Below, piece after piece: positions 25,620 through 34,501 of a stretch of DNA of 64,000 bases. Origin of the DNA: Deinococcales bacterium (GTDB taxonomy: Bacteria; Deinococcota; Deinococci; Deinococcales; JAAFIG01); contig JAAFIG010000016.1 in NCBI GenBank assembly GCA_013298595.1, forward strand, positions 10,338-74,337. Direction: 5' to 3'. Below the pieces are notes generated by a model. That model worked only from the letters and a program-made list of their open reading frames with translations. It did not search any database and was not told where the DNA came from. Both the position numbers and the translations under genes were made by a program. Each line of letters begins with the position of its first letter. The stretch's first letter is position 1.

Positions 25620-27497
25620 ATGAAAACAATTCGGTTAACCGTGGCACAAGCTGTTATTAAATTCCTCGCGGTTCAATTTTCTCAACGCGATGGGAAACAA
25701 CGGCGTTTGATTGCTGGGGTTTGGGGCATTTTTGGTCATGGCAATGTGGCTGGGTTGGGGCAGGCTCTCGAGGAATTTGGTGATGATTTAGATTTGCCTA
25801 CGTACCGCCCGCAAAACGAACAAGCGATGGTGCACACCGCAGCCGCATTTGCAAAGCACACCAATCGCTCGAGCACGTTTGCTTGTACCGCTTCGATTGG
25901 TCCTGGTTCGACCAATATGCTCACTGCTGCGGCAGGTGCGACCATTAACCGTTTGCCTGTGTTGTTATTGCCCTCGGATTATTTTGCTAACACCTTACCA
26001 AATCCTGTGTTGCAACAACTCGAGCATCCAATTGAACTCGATAGCAGTGTCAATGATGCGTTTCGTTTGGTCAGTAAATTCTATACGCGCATCACTCGAG
26101 CCGAGCAGCTGTTTACTGCGTTACCCGAAGCCATGCGGGTGTTGACCGATCCTGCCGAAACAGGAGCCGTGACGATTTCTTTACCCGAGGATGTACAAAC
26201 TGAAGCTTTTGATTTTCCACTCGAGTTTTTCCATAAGCGAGTCTGGCGAATTCGTCGTCCTGTACCAGAACCTGAAATGCTCGAGGCAGTGGTGAAGTTA
26301 CTAAAGAATGCCAAGCGCCCACTGATTATTGCTGGTGGTGGTGTGATGTACTCCGAATCCAACGCAGTACTATCCGAATTTGCCAGCAGCTATGGTATTC
26401 CTGTTTGTGAATCGCAAGCGGGTAAAGGTGCGATTCCGTGGGATCATGCCATGAACATTGGAGCGATTGGTTCTTCGGGTGGTTTAGCCGCCAATATCCT
26501 AGCTCGAGATGCCGATGTAGTTATTGCCATTGGTACTCGGTTAGCTGATTTTGTAACAGCCTCGAAAACCGCTTTTCAAAACCCTGATGTTCAATTTATT
26601 GGCTTGAATGTGGTACCAATGGATGCTGTCAAATTATCTGGTGTTGCCTTGATCGCCGATGCCAAACGAGGACTCGAGGCGTTGCAAACAGCGCTGGGGA
26701 GCTTCAAAGGCACCAGTGCGAGTTATCGTAAAGAAGTTTCAAAACTCAAACTCGAGTGGGAAAAAATTGTCACCGAGTACCGCACTCCGAACTCGAGCCA
26801 AGGCTTCTTATCGCAAACCGCTGTCATTGGTATGGTCAATAAAGCTGTTGGTGGGCATAGCAGTGTGATTTGTGCAGCGGGGAGTATGCCAGGCGATTTA
26901 CTTAAACTCTGGCGACCCACCGACCCAAAAGCCTATCATGTCGAATACGGATTTTCTTGTATGGGTTACGAAATTCCTGCCGCGCTGGGTATTAAACTCG
27001 CCGAAGCCAAACGCGAAGTGGTGGTGTTTATTGGCGATGGCACGTACTTAATGATGAACTCCGAAATTGTTACCGCTGTTGCCGAAGGACTCGATTTCAC
27101 CATTATTCTTGTAGACAATAAAGGCTACGGTTCAATTCGCCGTTTACAAATGGAAACTGGTTCGCCATCATTTAACAACGAACTGCGTTACCGTAACCCA
27201 AAAACCAAGCGCACCGATGGCAAACCTGTGATAGTAGATTTTGTCAAACACACCCAAGCAATGGGGGCAACCTCGTGGTACGCAGATACCTACGCTGCCC
27301 TCGAGCAAGCCCTAAAAGCAGCCAGCAAAACAAAAGGGGTCAAAGCCATTGTTGTGCCAGTCAGTCTCGAGGAAAGTGCTCGAGGTTTTGAGAGTTGGTG
27401 GGATGCGCCGATTGCAGCTGTCTCGAGCCAAAGTAACGTGAAAAAAGCCCGTAAGAATTACGAATCTAAACTCGAGAAGCAACGTAAATTTATTTAA
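25620..27497 (+). CDS. iolD: 3D-(3,5/4)-trihydroxycyclohexane-1,2-dione acylhydrolase (IolD, TPP enzyme)
   Basis: ATG 25620 is preceded by AGGAGG (25608-25613). The N-terminus MKTIRLTVAQAVIKFL..IFGHGNVAGLGQALE is colinear with B. subtilis IolD. The track ORF start at 25455 reads through the palindromic repeat and is rejected. Confidence 0.9.
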   Translation: MKTIRLTVAQAVIKFLAVQFSQRDGKQRRLIAGVWGIFGHGNVAGLGQALEEFGDDLDLPTYRPQNEQAMVHTAAAFAKHTNRSSTFACTASIGPGSTNMLTAAAGATINRLPVLLLPSDYFANTLPNPVLQQLEHPIELDSSVNDAFRLVSKFYTRITRAEQLFTALPEAMRVLTDPAETGAVTISLPEDVQTEAFDFPLEFFHKRVWRIRRPVPEPEMLEAVVKLLKNAKRPLIIAGGGVMYSESNAVLSEFASSYGIPVCESQAGKGAIPWDHAMNIGAIGSSGGLAANILARDADVVIAIGTRLADFVTASKTAFQNPDVQFIGLNVVPMDAVKLSGVALIADAKRGLEALQTALGSFKGTSASYRKEVSKLKLEWEKIVTEYRTPNSSQGFLSQTAVIGMVNKAVGGHSSVICAAGSMPGDLLKLWRPTDPKAYHVEYGFSCMGYEIPAALGIKLAEAKREVVVFIGDGTYLMMNSEIVTAVAEGLDFTIILVDNKGYGSIRRLQMETGSPSFNNELRYRNPKTKRTDGKPVIVDFVKHTQAMGATSWYADTYAALEQALKAASKTKGVKAIVVPVSLEESARGFESWWDAPIAAVSSQSNVKKARKNYESKLEKQRKFI

Positions 27498-27503
27498 ACC
27501 AGT

Positions 27504-27668
27504 CGTAGGGGCGGGGCTTGCCTCGCCCTCGAGCTTCCATCGGACAGAAGAACAAACGAGAATTCAATAAAGTTCTTTTGCGGGTTTTGAAACAGCAAGT
27601 GCAAACAAATGTGCTTTACAAGCAATAGAATTAAACCTTGCTGGCTGGGCGAGGCAAGCCCTACGTAA
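27504..27668. repeat. MITE-like unit: two inverted REP-family half elements bracketing a spacer of about 110 nt
   Basis: The left end is CGTAGGGGCGGGGCTTGCCTCGCCC (27504-27528). The right end is GGGCGAGGCAAGCCCTACG (27647-27665), the reverse complement of CGTAGGGCTTGCCTCGCCC. It lies between iolD and iolE. Confidence 0.6.
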
Positions 27669-27685
27669 AAAGAATTTGAGGTGTT

Positions 27686-28621
27686 ATGAAAAAAAATATT
27701 CAATTAGCCAATGCACCCTGTTCTTGGGGAACAATCGAGGGGTGGGGGCAAAGTATCTCGTATTCGCAAATGCTGGATGAATTGGTTGCCACTGGGTACA
27801 CAGGTACAGAACTTGGTGATTATGGTTTTATGCCCACCGATTCTGCCGCGTTGCGCAAGGCGTTAATCTCGAGAAACTTAACCATGCTGGGTGCTTACGA
27901 AGGTGTGTACTTTCGTGACTCGAGTTGTCATGCACTTGGTTTGGAAAAAATTTTACGCAACGCCAAATTGCTTAAAAGCGTGGCTGATATTGGTGATGCG
28001 AATACCCAACCATTTGTGGTCATTGCTGATGAGCATAGCCGTGATGCACCGCGTTTTGAACGGGCTGGTCGGATTAGTAAGGATTTAAGTTTATCGGCGG
28101 CTGATTGGACAATTTTTGCTCGAGGGGTGGATCAGGCGGCGAAAGCGGTACATGATGAAACTGGTTTACGCAGTGTGTTCCATCATCATTGTGGTGGGTA
28201 TGTCGAAGCCCCTTGGGAAATCGAGGAATTGCTGGCTCGTACCGACTCGAGGTATTTGGGTTTGGTCTTTGACACTGGGCATTTTTTGTATGGCACTGGC
28301 ATGAACGATGGCGATTTGGTTTTGGCTGCACTCGAGAATTTTCAGAGCCGCTTGTGGTATGTGCATTTTAAGGATTGCAGTCCAACGGTTGCCACTCATG
28401 CTCGAGCGCAGGGTTTGAATTACAAAGAGGCAATTGGACAAGGCGTGTTTTGCGAACTTGGTCAGGGTAGCGTGGATTTTGCCGCTGTGACCAACAAACT
28501 CGAGCAATTGAATTACTCAGGTTGGATTTGTGTTGAACAAGATGTGCTGCCCGGTATGGGCGAACCGAAAGTCAGTGCTAAAAATAACCGAGATCATTTG
28601 GCGAAAGTAGCGGGAATATGA
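27686..28621 (+). CDS. iolE: inosose dehydratase-like TIM-barrel protein (IolE family)
   Basis: Xylose-isomerase-like TIM barrel. Blocks FHHHCGG, FDTGH, VHFKD and GWICVEQD parallel B. subtilis IolE (HHHMGT, YDTGH, VHFKD, GWIVVEAEQD). Confidence 0.7.
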   Translation: MKKNIQLANAPCSWGTIEGWGQSISYSQMLDELVATGYTGTELGDYGFMPTDSAALRKALISRNLTMLGAYEGVYFRDSSCHALGLEKILRNAKLLKSVADIGDANTQPFVVIADEHSRDAPRFERAGRISKDLSLSAADWTIFARGVDQAAKAVHDETGLRSVFHHHCGGYVEAPWEIEELLARTDSRYLGLVFDTGHFLYGTGMNDGDLVLAALENFQSRLWYVHFKDCSPTVATHARAQGLNYKEAIGQGVFCELGQGSVDFAAVTNKLEQLNYSGWICVEQDVLPGMGEPKVSAKNNRDHLAKVAGI

Positions 28622-28636
28622 AACTCGAGGTGCAAG

Positions 28637-29638
28637 ATGTTTGATTTGATTACCATGGGGCGTTCATCGTTGGATTTATATTCAAACGATGTCGGTGCAG
28701 CCTTTACCGAAATCAATTCCTTTGGCGCTTCAATTGGTGGTAGCCCGCTGAACATCGCTGTTGGCTCGAGTCGATTGGGTTTAAAAGTTGCTTTACTGAC
28801 CGCTGTTGGTGCCGATAAAGTTGGCGAGTTTATTGTTGAGCGCTTAAAAAAAGAAAAAGTCGAAACCAAATTTATTCCTGTTGTTCGCTCGAGCAAAAGC
28901 AGTGCTGTGGTGGTTGGTATCGAACCACCTGATCGTTTCCCGTTAACGTTTTACCGCGATAACGCTGCCGACATTCAACTTGGCATTGATGATGTGTTGC
29001 GTTTGCCTTTAACTGAAACTCGAGCTGTGCAATTATCTGGGGCTGCTCTTGCCAAAGAACCCAGCCGAAGTGCGGTATTTTTTCTTGCCGAGCAAGCCAA
29101 GGCGCACGGTTTAACCATTTTTCTTGATCTTGATTTTCGTGCCGATCAATGGCACGACCCTCGAGCCTACGGTGTGCAAATTCGTGCATTGCTACCACTG
29201 GTAGATGTTGCCCTTGGCACCGAAGAAGAAATTAATGCTGTTATGCTGAGTCGTATTGAAGATTTGCAAATCCACAATTCACAAATCACTGCCCCAGAAA
29301 TTCAAGGTGATCTCGAGCAAAACATTCAAACCGTTCTTGGCAAAGGTTTAGAAGCTCTGATTGTTAAACGAGGTGCTCGAGGTTCAGATGCGTACCTCAA
29401 AAGCGGTGAGATCATTTCAGCTAAAGGTTTTAAAGTCGAAGTGGTCAGTGTGCTCGGCGCTGGTGATGCCTTTGCTGCTGGTTTTATTTACGGAAGGTTA
29501 CAGAACTGGGATTGGTACAAAAGTTGTCGCATGGGCAACGCCTGCGGAGCCATTGTTGTTACCAGAATAGGTTGCGGAGAATTCACTGCCTACCTCCCTG
29601 AAGCCCTCGAGTTCATCGAATCCCAAGGCGGTTTTTAA
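28637..29638 (+). CDS. iolC: 5-dehydro-2-deoxygluconokinase (PfkB family)
   Basis: FDLITMGRSSLDLY...GGSPLNIAVGSSRLGLK is colinear with the IolC N-terminus. C-terminal GAGDAF PfkB motif. Confidence 0.85.
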   Translation: MFDLITMGRSSLDLYSNDVGAAFTEINSFGASIGGSPLNIAVGSSRLGLKVALLTAVGADKVGEFIVERLKKEKVETKFIPVVRSSKSSAVVVGIEPPDRFPLTFYRDNAADIQLGIDDVLRLPLTETRAVQLSGAALAKEPSRSAVFFLAEQAKAHGLTIFLDLDFRADQWHDPRAYGVQIRALLPLVDVALGTEEEINAVMLSRIEDLQIHNSQITAPEIQGDLEQNIQTVLGKGLEALIVKRGARGSDAYLKSGEIISAKGFKVEVVSVLGAGDAFAAGFIYGRLQNWDWYKSCRMGNACGAIVVTRIGCGEFTAYLPEALEFIESQGGF

Positions 29639-29671
29639 AAACAGATGAAGGTTGAAGGTCAAAAGTAAAAC

Positions 29672-29697
29672 CGTAGCGAGGCGTGCATCGCTCTCGC
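29672..29697. repeat. degenerate REP-family copy
   Basis: CGTAGCGAGGCGTGCATCGCTCTCG between iolC and iolB. It shares the CGTAG..CGAGGC..GCAT core and retains a short AGCGAG/CTCGCT stem. Confidence 0.4.
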
Positions 29698-29732
29698 TCA
29701 GAAACGAAAAGCGAATACCCCTAGGAGTCGAT

Positions 29733-30563
29733 ATGAATTCCCCGAATCAGTTCAAACCCGTTAATGGTGTTCTCGAGGTTACGCCGCAGAGTATTGGTTG
29801 GCAGTTTTTGTCTTTTAAGACTGTTTTACTTTCTACTGGGCAGCGTTTTTCTGGGCAGACAGGTGGCGAGGAAGCAGCGCTGGTGCCAATTTCTGGGTCG
29901 CTCGAGGTGCATGTGGCTGGTCAGATTGTGGCATTGCAACGCTCGAGTGTATTTGAAGAATTGCCACATGTGGTTTATATGCCGCCTAAAACAGCTTTCG
30001 AGGTGGTGGCTCGAGCAGATTGCCACTTTGCGCTTGGCAGTGCACCTGCAGAGGGTCTGTATCCTGTTCGGGTATTTGAACCTGTAGAAATGAAAGTTGA
30101 AGTGCGTGGTGGGGCGAATGCAACGCGTCAAGTCAATCATATTCTTGGTCCTGATTTACCTGCCGAGCGCTTAGTGCTGTTCGAGGTCTATACACCTTCT
30201 GGGTTTTGGTCTGGTATTCCGCCACATCGTCATGATGGTTTACGCGGCTCGAGATATGTAGAAGAAACGTATTATTATCGTATCTCGCCACCTGATATTG
30301 GTTGGGCTGTGCATCGCAATTACAGCCCCGAGCATGGTTTAGATGAATTGCTACTGATTAAAGATGGCGATTTAGTGATTACACCGGCTGGTTTTCATCC
30401 TGTTTCTGCGCCGCCGGGTTCTAATGTCTATTTTCTTAATTTCTTAGCTGGCGAACCAACCCTCGAGGAAAGAGCAGTTGCACCTGTGGATGATGCTAAT
30501 TGGGCTTGGTTACGGGATGATTGGGCTGGGAAGCCATTAAAAATTCCGTTTGGTCAAAAGTAA
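29733..30563 (+). CDS. iolB: 5-deoxy-glucuronate isomerase (IolB/KduI family)
   Basis: ATG 29733 is preceded by AGGAG (29723-29727). Cupin-type IolB pattern including PPHRHD. Position within the iol cluster supports the call. Confidence 0.8.
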   Translation: MNSPNQFKPVNGVLEVTPQSIGWQFLSFKTVLLSTGQRFSGQTGGEEAALVPISGSLEVHVAGQIVALQRSSVFEELPHVVYMPPKTAFEVVARADCHFALGSAPAEGLYPVRVFEPVEMKVEVRGGANATRQVNHILGPDLPAERLVLFEVYTPSGFWSGIPPHRHDGLRGSRYVEETYYYRISPPDIGWAVHRNYSPEHGLDELLLIKDGDLVITPAGFHPVSAPPGSNVYFLNFLAGEPTLEERAVAPVDDANWAWLRDDWAGKPLKIPFGQK

Positions 30564-30577
30564 CTGGCTCGAGTGTG

Positions 30578-31660
30578 TTAAACACCTGTTAAAATTTGCT
30601 CAAGGGGTTGCTCGAGTTGCCGTACTATATGAGTAGCAGCTGCCCAGCCGCTTTCAAAAGCCGTTTCGATGCGAGCATTACCATTTGGGGCGCACCAATC
30701 GCCGCAAAAAACCAGATTTTCTTGGGCTAAGTACGGCGCAGCATGTGGTTGGATTGCTTGGGCGTAACGCCAGCGATGTACCAAAATTTCTTGTGGCTCA
30801 ATCCAGTCGCCTAGCACTTCTCTAGCCGCAGCTAACATTGGTTCGGCAATGGTGCTGGCATTGCTCTCGAGTTGGGCTGTACTCCAAGCTGCATTGGCGT
30901 GCAAAACAAGCGTGGCTGGCATGGCTCGTTTACTTTGTTCAAAACTAGCCCATGACAACACGGGATGGTCGAGTCTCATGGCACTCCAAGGCAATTCTGG
31001 CATAGAGGCTAAAGAGACCATCAATGCCCAGCATGGTGCAAATTTGACTCGCTCGAGGGCAAGGTATGTGCTTGGCTCGAGGGTAGAACGGGTTAAAGCC
31101 AAGGCTTGCGGGGCTGGTGCATTGACCAGTACAGCTCTAGCTGTGTGGATGTCACCATTCTCGAGTACGGCGCGGTAACCAAAGTTATTATGCCAAACGG
31201 CGCTGACCAGTGCATTTTGGATAATCTCGAGTGGTTCTTCGTTACTAAAACCATCTCGCAAGGCTTTGCCAAGGGTGTTCATACCGTGGGTTGCGATGTA
31301 TCGTGGGTATCCGTCAGGGCTATTTTCGATATGTCCTGCATTCCAATTTGGTAAACCGTATTGCCAAACCTTAACGATGCCATTGGTTTCAAGTTTTTGC
31401 ATCAAACGGTGCATTGCATCTGATCGAACAGTAAAGTATGGCGCACCAAAATCCACAATAGCTCCTGAAGCCAAGCGTTTGGTGGCAGCACGACCCGAAA
31501 CACCATTGGATTTCTCGAGAATACGCACCGAAAAGCCCGCTCGGACAAGTTCTCGAGCGGCTGCCAGACCAGCGAGTCCGGCTCCAATAATCAGTACATC
31601 TGTTGCTCGAGAGGTTTCCACAACGCGTATTGTGACAGGTTTTATCAAGTTGCACCGCAC
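30578..31660 (-). CDS. NAD(P)/FAD-dependent oxidoreductase (renalase/amine-oxidase-like)
   Basis: DVLIIGAGLAGLAAARELVRAGFSVRILEKSNGVSGR dinucleotide-binding N-terminus. Amine-oxidase-like C-terminus (FCGDW). Confidence 0.75.
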   Translation of the reverse strand: MRCNLIKPVTIRVVETSRATDVLIIGAGLAGLAAARELVRAGFSVRILEKSNGVSGRAATKRLASGAIVDFGAPYFTVRSDAMHRLMQKLETNGIVKVWQYGLPNWNAGHIENSPDGYPRYIATHGMNTLGKALRDGFSNEEPLEIIQNALVSAVWHNNFGYRAVLENGDIHTARAVLVNAPAPQALALTRSTLEPSTYLALERVKFAPCWALMVSLASMPELPWSAMRLDHPVLSWASFEQSKRAMPATLVLHANAAWSTAQLESNASTIAEPMLAAAREVLGDWIEPQEILVHRWRYAQAIQPHAAPYLAQENLVFCGDWCAPNGNARIETAFESGWAAATHIVRQLEQPLEQILTGV

Positions 31661-31697
31661 TGTACGATGCAGTTTTATTGCGTGCAGAAGCGATTTT

Positions 31698-31709
31698 GGA
31701 AACGTTTCC
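31698..31709. promoter_or_regulatory. 12-bp perfect palindrome in a divergent promoter region
   Basis: GGAAACGTTTCC lies between the FAD oxidoreductase (minus) and the IrrE-like gene (plus). A direct repeat TTTACAAGTTTACAA follows at 31730-31744. No regulatory function is demonstrated. Confidence 0.2.
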
Positions 31710-31801
31710 GCCGATTATTGCTTATTCAGATTTACAAGTTTACAACCCAAAATACGGCTCATTACGCACCTGACCGCAAGCACAAGGTAGACTAGACGAC
31801 C

Positions 31802-32617
31802 ATGTTACACAGCGACCATAAACAAATTGTTAAAAAATTAGCTCAGGATTTCTTCTCGCTCTACCAAGCCCGAGAACCACTCGAGTTAGCTGATGCCATT
31901 GGTGTGCGTCTCGAGTACGGCGATTTAGGCGATAAAGACGGCGCTTACGACCCTGAACGCAATGTGATTTTCTTATCTAAAAAATCCACACCCGAACGTC
32001 AGCGTTTTACGATGGCTCACGAAGTTACCCATTTTTTAATCCTTGCCGAAGATGATTTCTTATCCGACTTACACGACGCATACGAAGGTGACACACTCGA
32101 AGAAAACATCGAAATTCTTTGCAATATTGGTGCGAGTGCTTTGCTTGTACCCGAAGATGAACTCGAGAAATTATTGCGCCGTTACGGGCAAAGTGCTCGT
32201 GCCATACCAAAAATTACCCAGACCTTTGGTATCTCAAGACCTGCTGCTTGTGTCGTACTGGCAGAGCGCATCACAGACGCAGCCGTGATTGCTGTGTTGC
32301 GTGCCAAAGGCAAACATGCCACTCGTCGTGACACTTTGCACGATGGCGAAACACCCGCACGTAGTCTCGAGGTGAGTTTTGCAGCGAAAACTGACACCCT
32401 GAAATACAGTTTAGCCAACAACACCATCATCCCAGCCGACCACCCAGCGTATATTGCCCTCGAGACAGGTTTACCGATCGAAGAGGACAGTTTTTTACCA
32501 TTTAAAAGCGGTAAGAAAATGCCAGCTTTAGTAGATGCTCACCCTGATGGCAGCGTAGTCTATGTAATTTTCACAACAGCTGCCAGCAAAGATGAAAAAG
32601 AAGAAGGCATCATTTAA
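31802..32617 (+). CDS. ImmA/IrrE-family zinc metallopeptidase, IrrE/PprI-like full-length architecture
   Basis: HEXXH (AHEVTHFL). The block DGAYDPERNVIFLSKKSTPERQRFTMAHE..EDDFLSDLHDAYEGDTLEENIEILCNIGASALLVP resembles, from memory, Deinococcus IrrE/PprI. It is followed by an HTH-like segment and a C-terminal domain of about 100 aa. Confidence 0.7.
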   Translation: MLHSDHKQIVKKLAQDFFSLYQAREPLELADAIGVRLEYGDLGDKDGAYDPERNVIFLSKKSTPERQRFTMAHEVTHFLILAEDDFLSDLHDAYEGDTLEENIEILCNIGASALLVPEDELEKLLRRYGQSARAIPKITQTFGISRPAACVVLAERITDAAVIAVLRAKGKHATRRDTLHDGETPARSLEVSFAAKTDTLKYSLANNTIIPADHPAYIALETGLPIEEDSFLPFKSGKKMPALVDAHPDGSVVYVIFTTAASKDEKEEGII

Positions 32618-33525
32618 TTTTTCTGATTGCGTTGCAAGATTTGACTGAGGAAAACACCAATCATGGTCAGCACCACAATAATAGTCGATAAGGCATTGAT
32701 ATCTGGGGTGATACCGCGCTTAACCGAAGCATAAATCAGAATTGGTAGCGTTTGTGATTCTGGACCAGATGTAAAAAAAGAAATCACAAAATCATCTATT
32801 GAAAGTGTGAAAGCCAGCAATGCTCCTGCCATCACACCAGGCAAAGCCAATGGGAAAACTACATGCTGCACAGTCTCGAGTGGCGAAGCATACAAATCTC
32901 GGGCAGCTTCTTCGAGTGCAGGGTCGAGGGTTGCTAAACGGCTACGCACCACAATTGCCACAAAAGCAATTTGAAAGGTCACATGGGCTATCACCATAGC
33001 AGGCATTCCAGGTTCAAAAAAAGGTAAGAAATTGCGTACCACTTGGTACAACAACAATAAACTAATCGCCATGACAATATCGGGAGTAACCACTGGGATA
33101 TACATCAGCCAAGCCGTTAATCTCGAGCCAGGAAAGCGATAGCGATGCAAACCATACCCAAGTAACGCCCCAATAATTGTTGAAATAATTGTACTAATAA
33201 TTGCCAGTATTAAAGTATTCTGTGTAGCTGATAATAACTGTGCGCCTTCAAGCCCACCGACCACCGATTCATCACCAAAAATTTTGGCATACCATTTGGT
33301 GGTAAAACCTACCCACTCAAGCTTAAATCTCGAGTTATTAAAACTCATGATTGCCACCACAAGAATTGGGGCATATAAAAAAGCAAATGCCAAAAAACTG
33401 GTGAACGATAAGCCCACACTGGCTTTACGCACTTGCGAACGACGCATGGCAAAAAACCAAACAGCAAAAAGCAAAGCTGTAACCAGTAAAAAACCAATCC
33501 AGAAAGTCGCTAAGCCCATAAGCAC
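32614..33525 (-). CDS. potC: ABC transporter permease (spermidine/putrescine PotC-like)
   Basis: Six TM segments and the binding-protein-dependent transport EAA loop (LEEAARDLYASP). Confidence 0.85.
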   Translation of the reverse strand: MLMGLATFWIGFLLVTALLFAVWFFAMRRSQVRKASVGLSFTSFLAFAFLYAPILVVAIMSFNNSRFKLEWVGFTTKWYAKIFGDESVVGGLEGAQLLSATQNTLILAIISTIISTIIGALLGYGLHRYRFPGSRLTAWLMYIPVVTPDIVMAISLLLLYQVVRNFLPFFEPGMPAMVIAHVTFQIAFVAIVVRSRLATLDPALEEAARDLYASPLETVQHVVFPLALPGVMAGALLAFTLSIDDFVISFFTSGPESQTLPILIYASVKRGITPDINALSTIIVVLTMIGVFLSQILQRNQKN

Positions 33526-33571
33526 CTCGAGGAAGGACGAAGGAAAAAAGAAGCAAGTTGATGTACAGTAC

Positions 33572-34501
33572 TCATAGTAAATCCCTCATACCTTTCTCGC
33601 CAACTCGGCGGGCATACAACCATAAGACCAACAAGGTTAAACCCATGACTAAAAAGCTAATGGCTGCACCAAAAGGGTAATCTCGAGAGGCACCAAATTG
33701 TTGAGCGATACTATTGCCAATTAAAGCAACTTTGGCACCACCTAGTAAATCAGGAATCACAAACATACCAAGCGCAGGGATAGCCGTTAAAATAATACCA
33801 GCTGTTAAACCAGGTAAAGTTTGTGGTACCAGCACACGAATAAAAGCTTGGGTTTTAGTAGCATATAAATCCTGAGCTGCCTCGAGTTGCGACCAATCAA
33901 TCCGTTCGACAGCACTATACAGTGGCAGCACAATGAATGGTAAGAAAACATTGACCATACCAACATAAACAGCAAAATCTGAAGGATACAAACCCTCATT
34001 TGGTTGCACAATACCCATACTGGCAGCCAACTGTGTAATCGGACTCGAGGGATTAAACATAATCATCCAAGCATAAGTGCGAATCACCAAGTTAACCCAA
34101 CTTGGCACAATCACAAAAATCATTAACCGATCACGCACTCGAGGTTCGTGACCAGCAATAAAAAAAGCCAATGGATAAGCAATAATCACACATAACAACG
34201 TGGTCACCAACGAAACCAAGATGGTACGCCCAACAATAAAAAGATAGGCTGCATCGTACCCAAGCACATCCCAACCAGCGAAACGCACATAATTATCAGC
34301 TGTGAACGGCGCAGCAGCATTGCCTAGTTCGTCTCGAGATAAGAAACTATAACCAAACAAAATCAGCATTGGTAAAACCAAAAATAAAGCAATCCAAACA
34401 ATCCCAGGTCCTGCCGTCACAGCAGCTCGAGACAACAATTGTATTGGTGTTAGTAACTCGCCACCTGCTGCCTCGAGTTTCGGTTTTTTAATTTTGGTCA
34501 T
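33572..34501 (-). CDS. potB: ABC transporter permease (PotB-like)
   Basis: Multi-TM protein with the EAA loop LEAAQDLYATK. Its start (34501) shares one base with the potA stop codon. Confidence 0.85.
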   Translation of the reverse strand: MTKIKKPKLEAAGGELLTPIQLLSRAAVTAGPGIVWIALFLVLPMLILFGYSFLSRDELGNAAAPFTADNYVRFAGWDVLGYDAAYLFIVGRTILVSLVTTLLCVIIAYPLAFFIAGHEPRVRDRLMIFVIVPSWVNLVIRTYAWMIMFNPSSPITQLAASMGIVQPNEGLYPSDFAVYVGMVNVFLPFIVLPLYSAVERIDWSQLEAAQDLYATKTQAFIRVLVPQTLPGLTAGIILTAIPALGMFVIPDLLGGAKVALIGNSIAQQFGASRDYPFGAAISFLVMGLTLLVLWLYARRVGEKGMRDLL

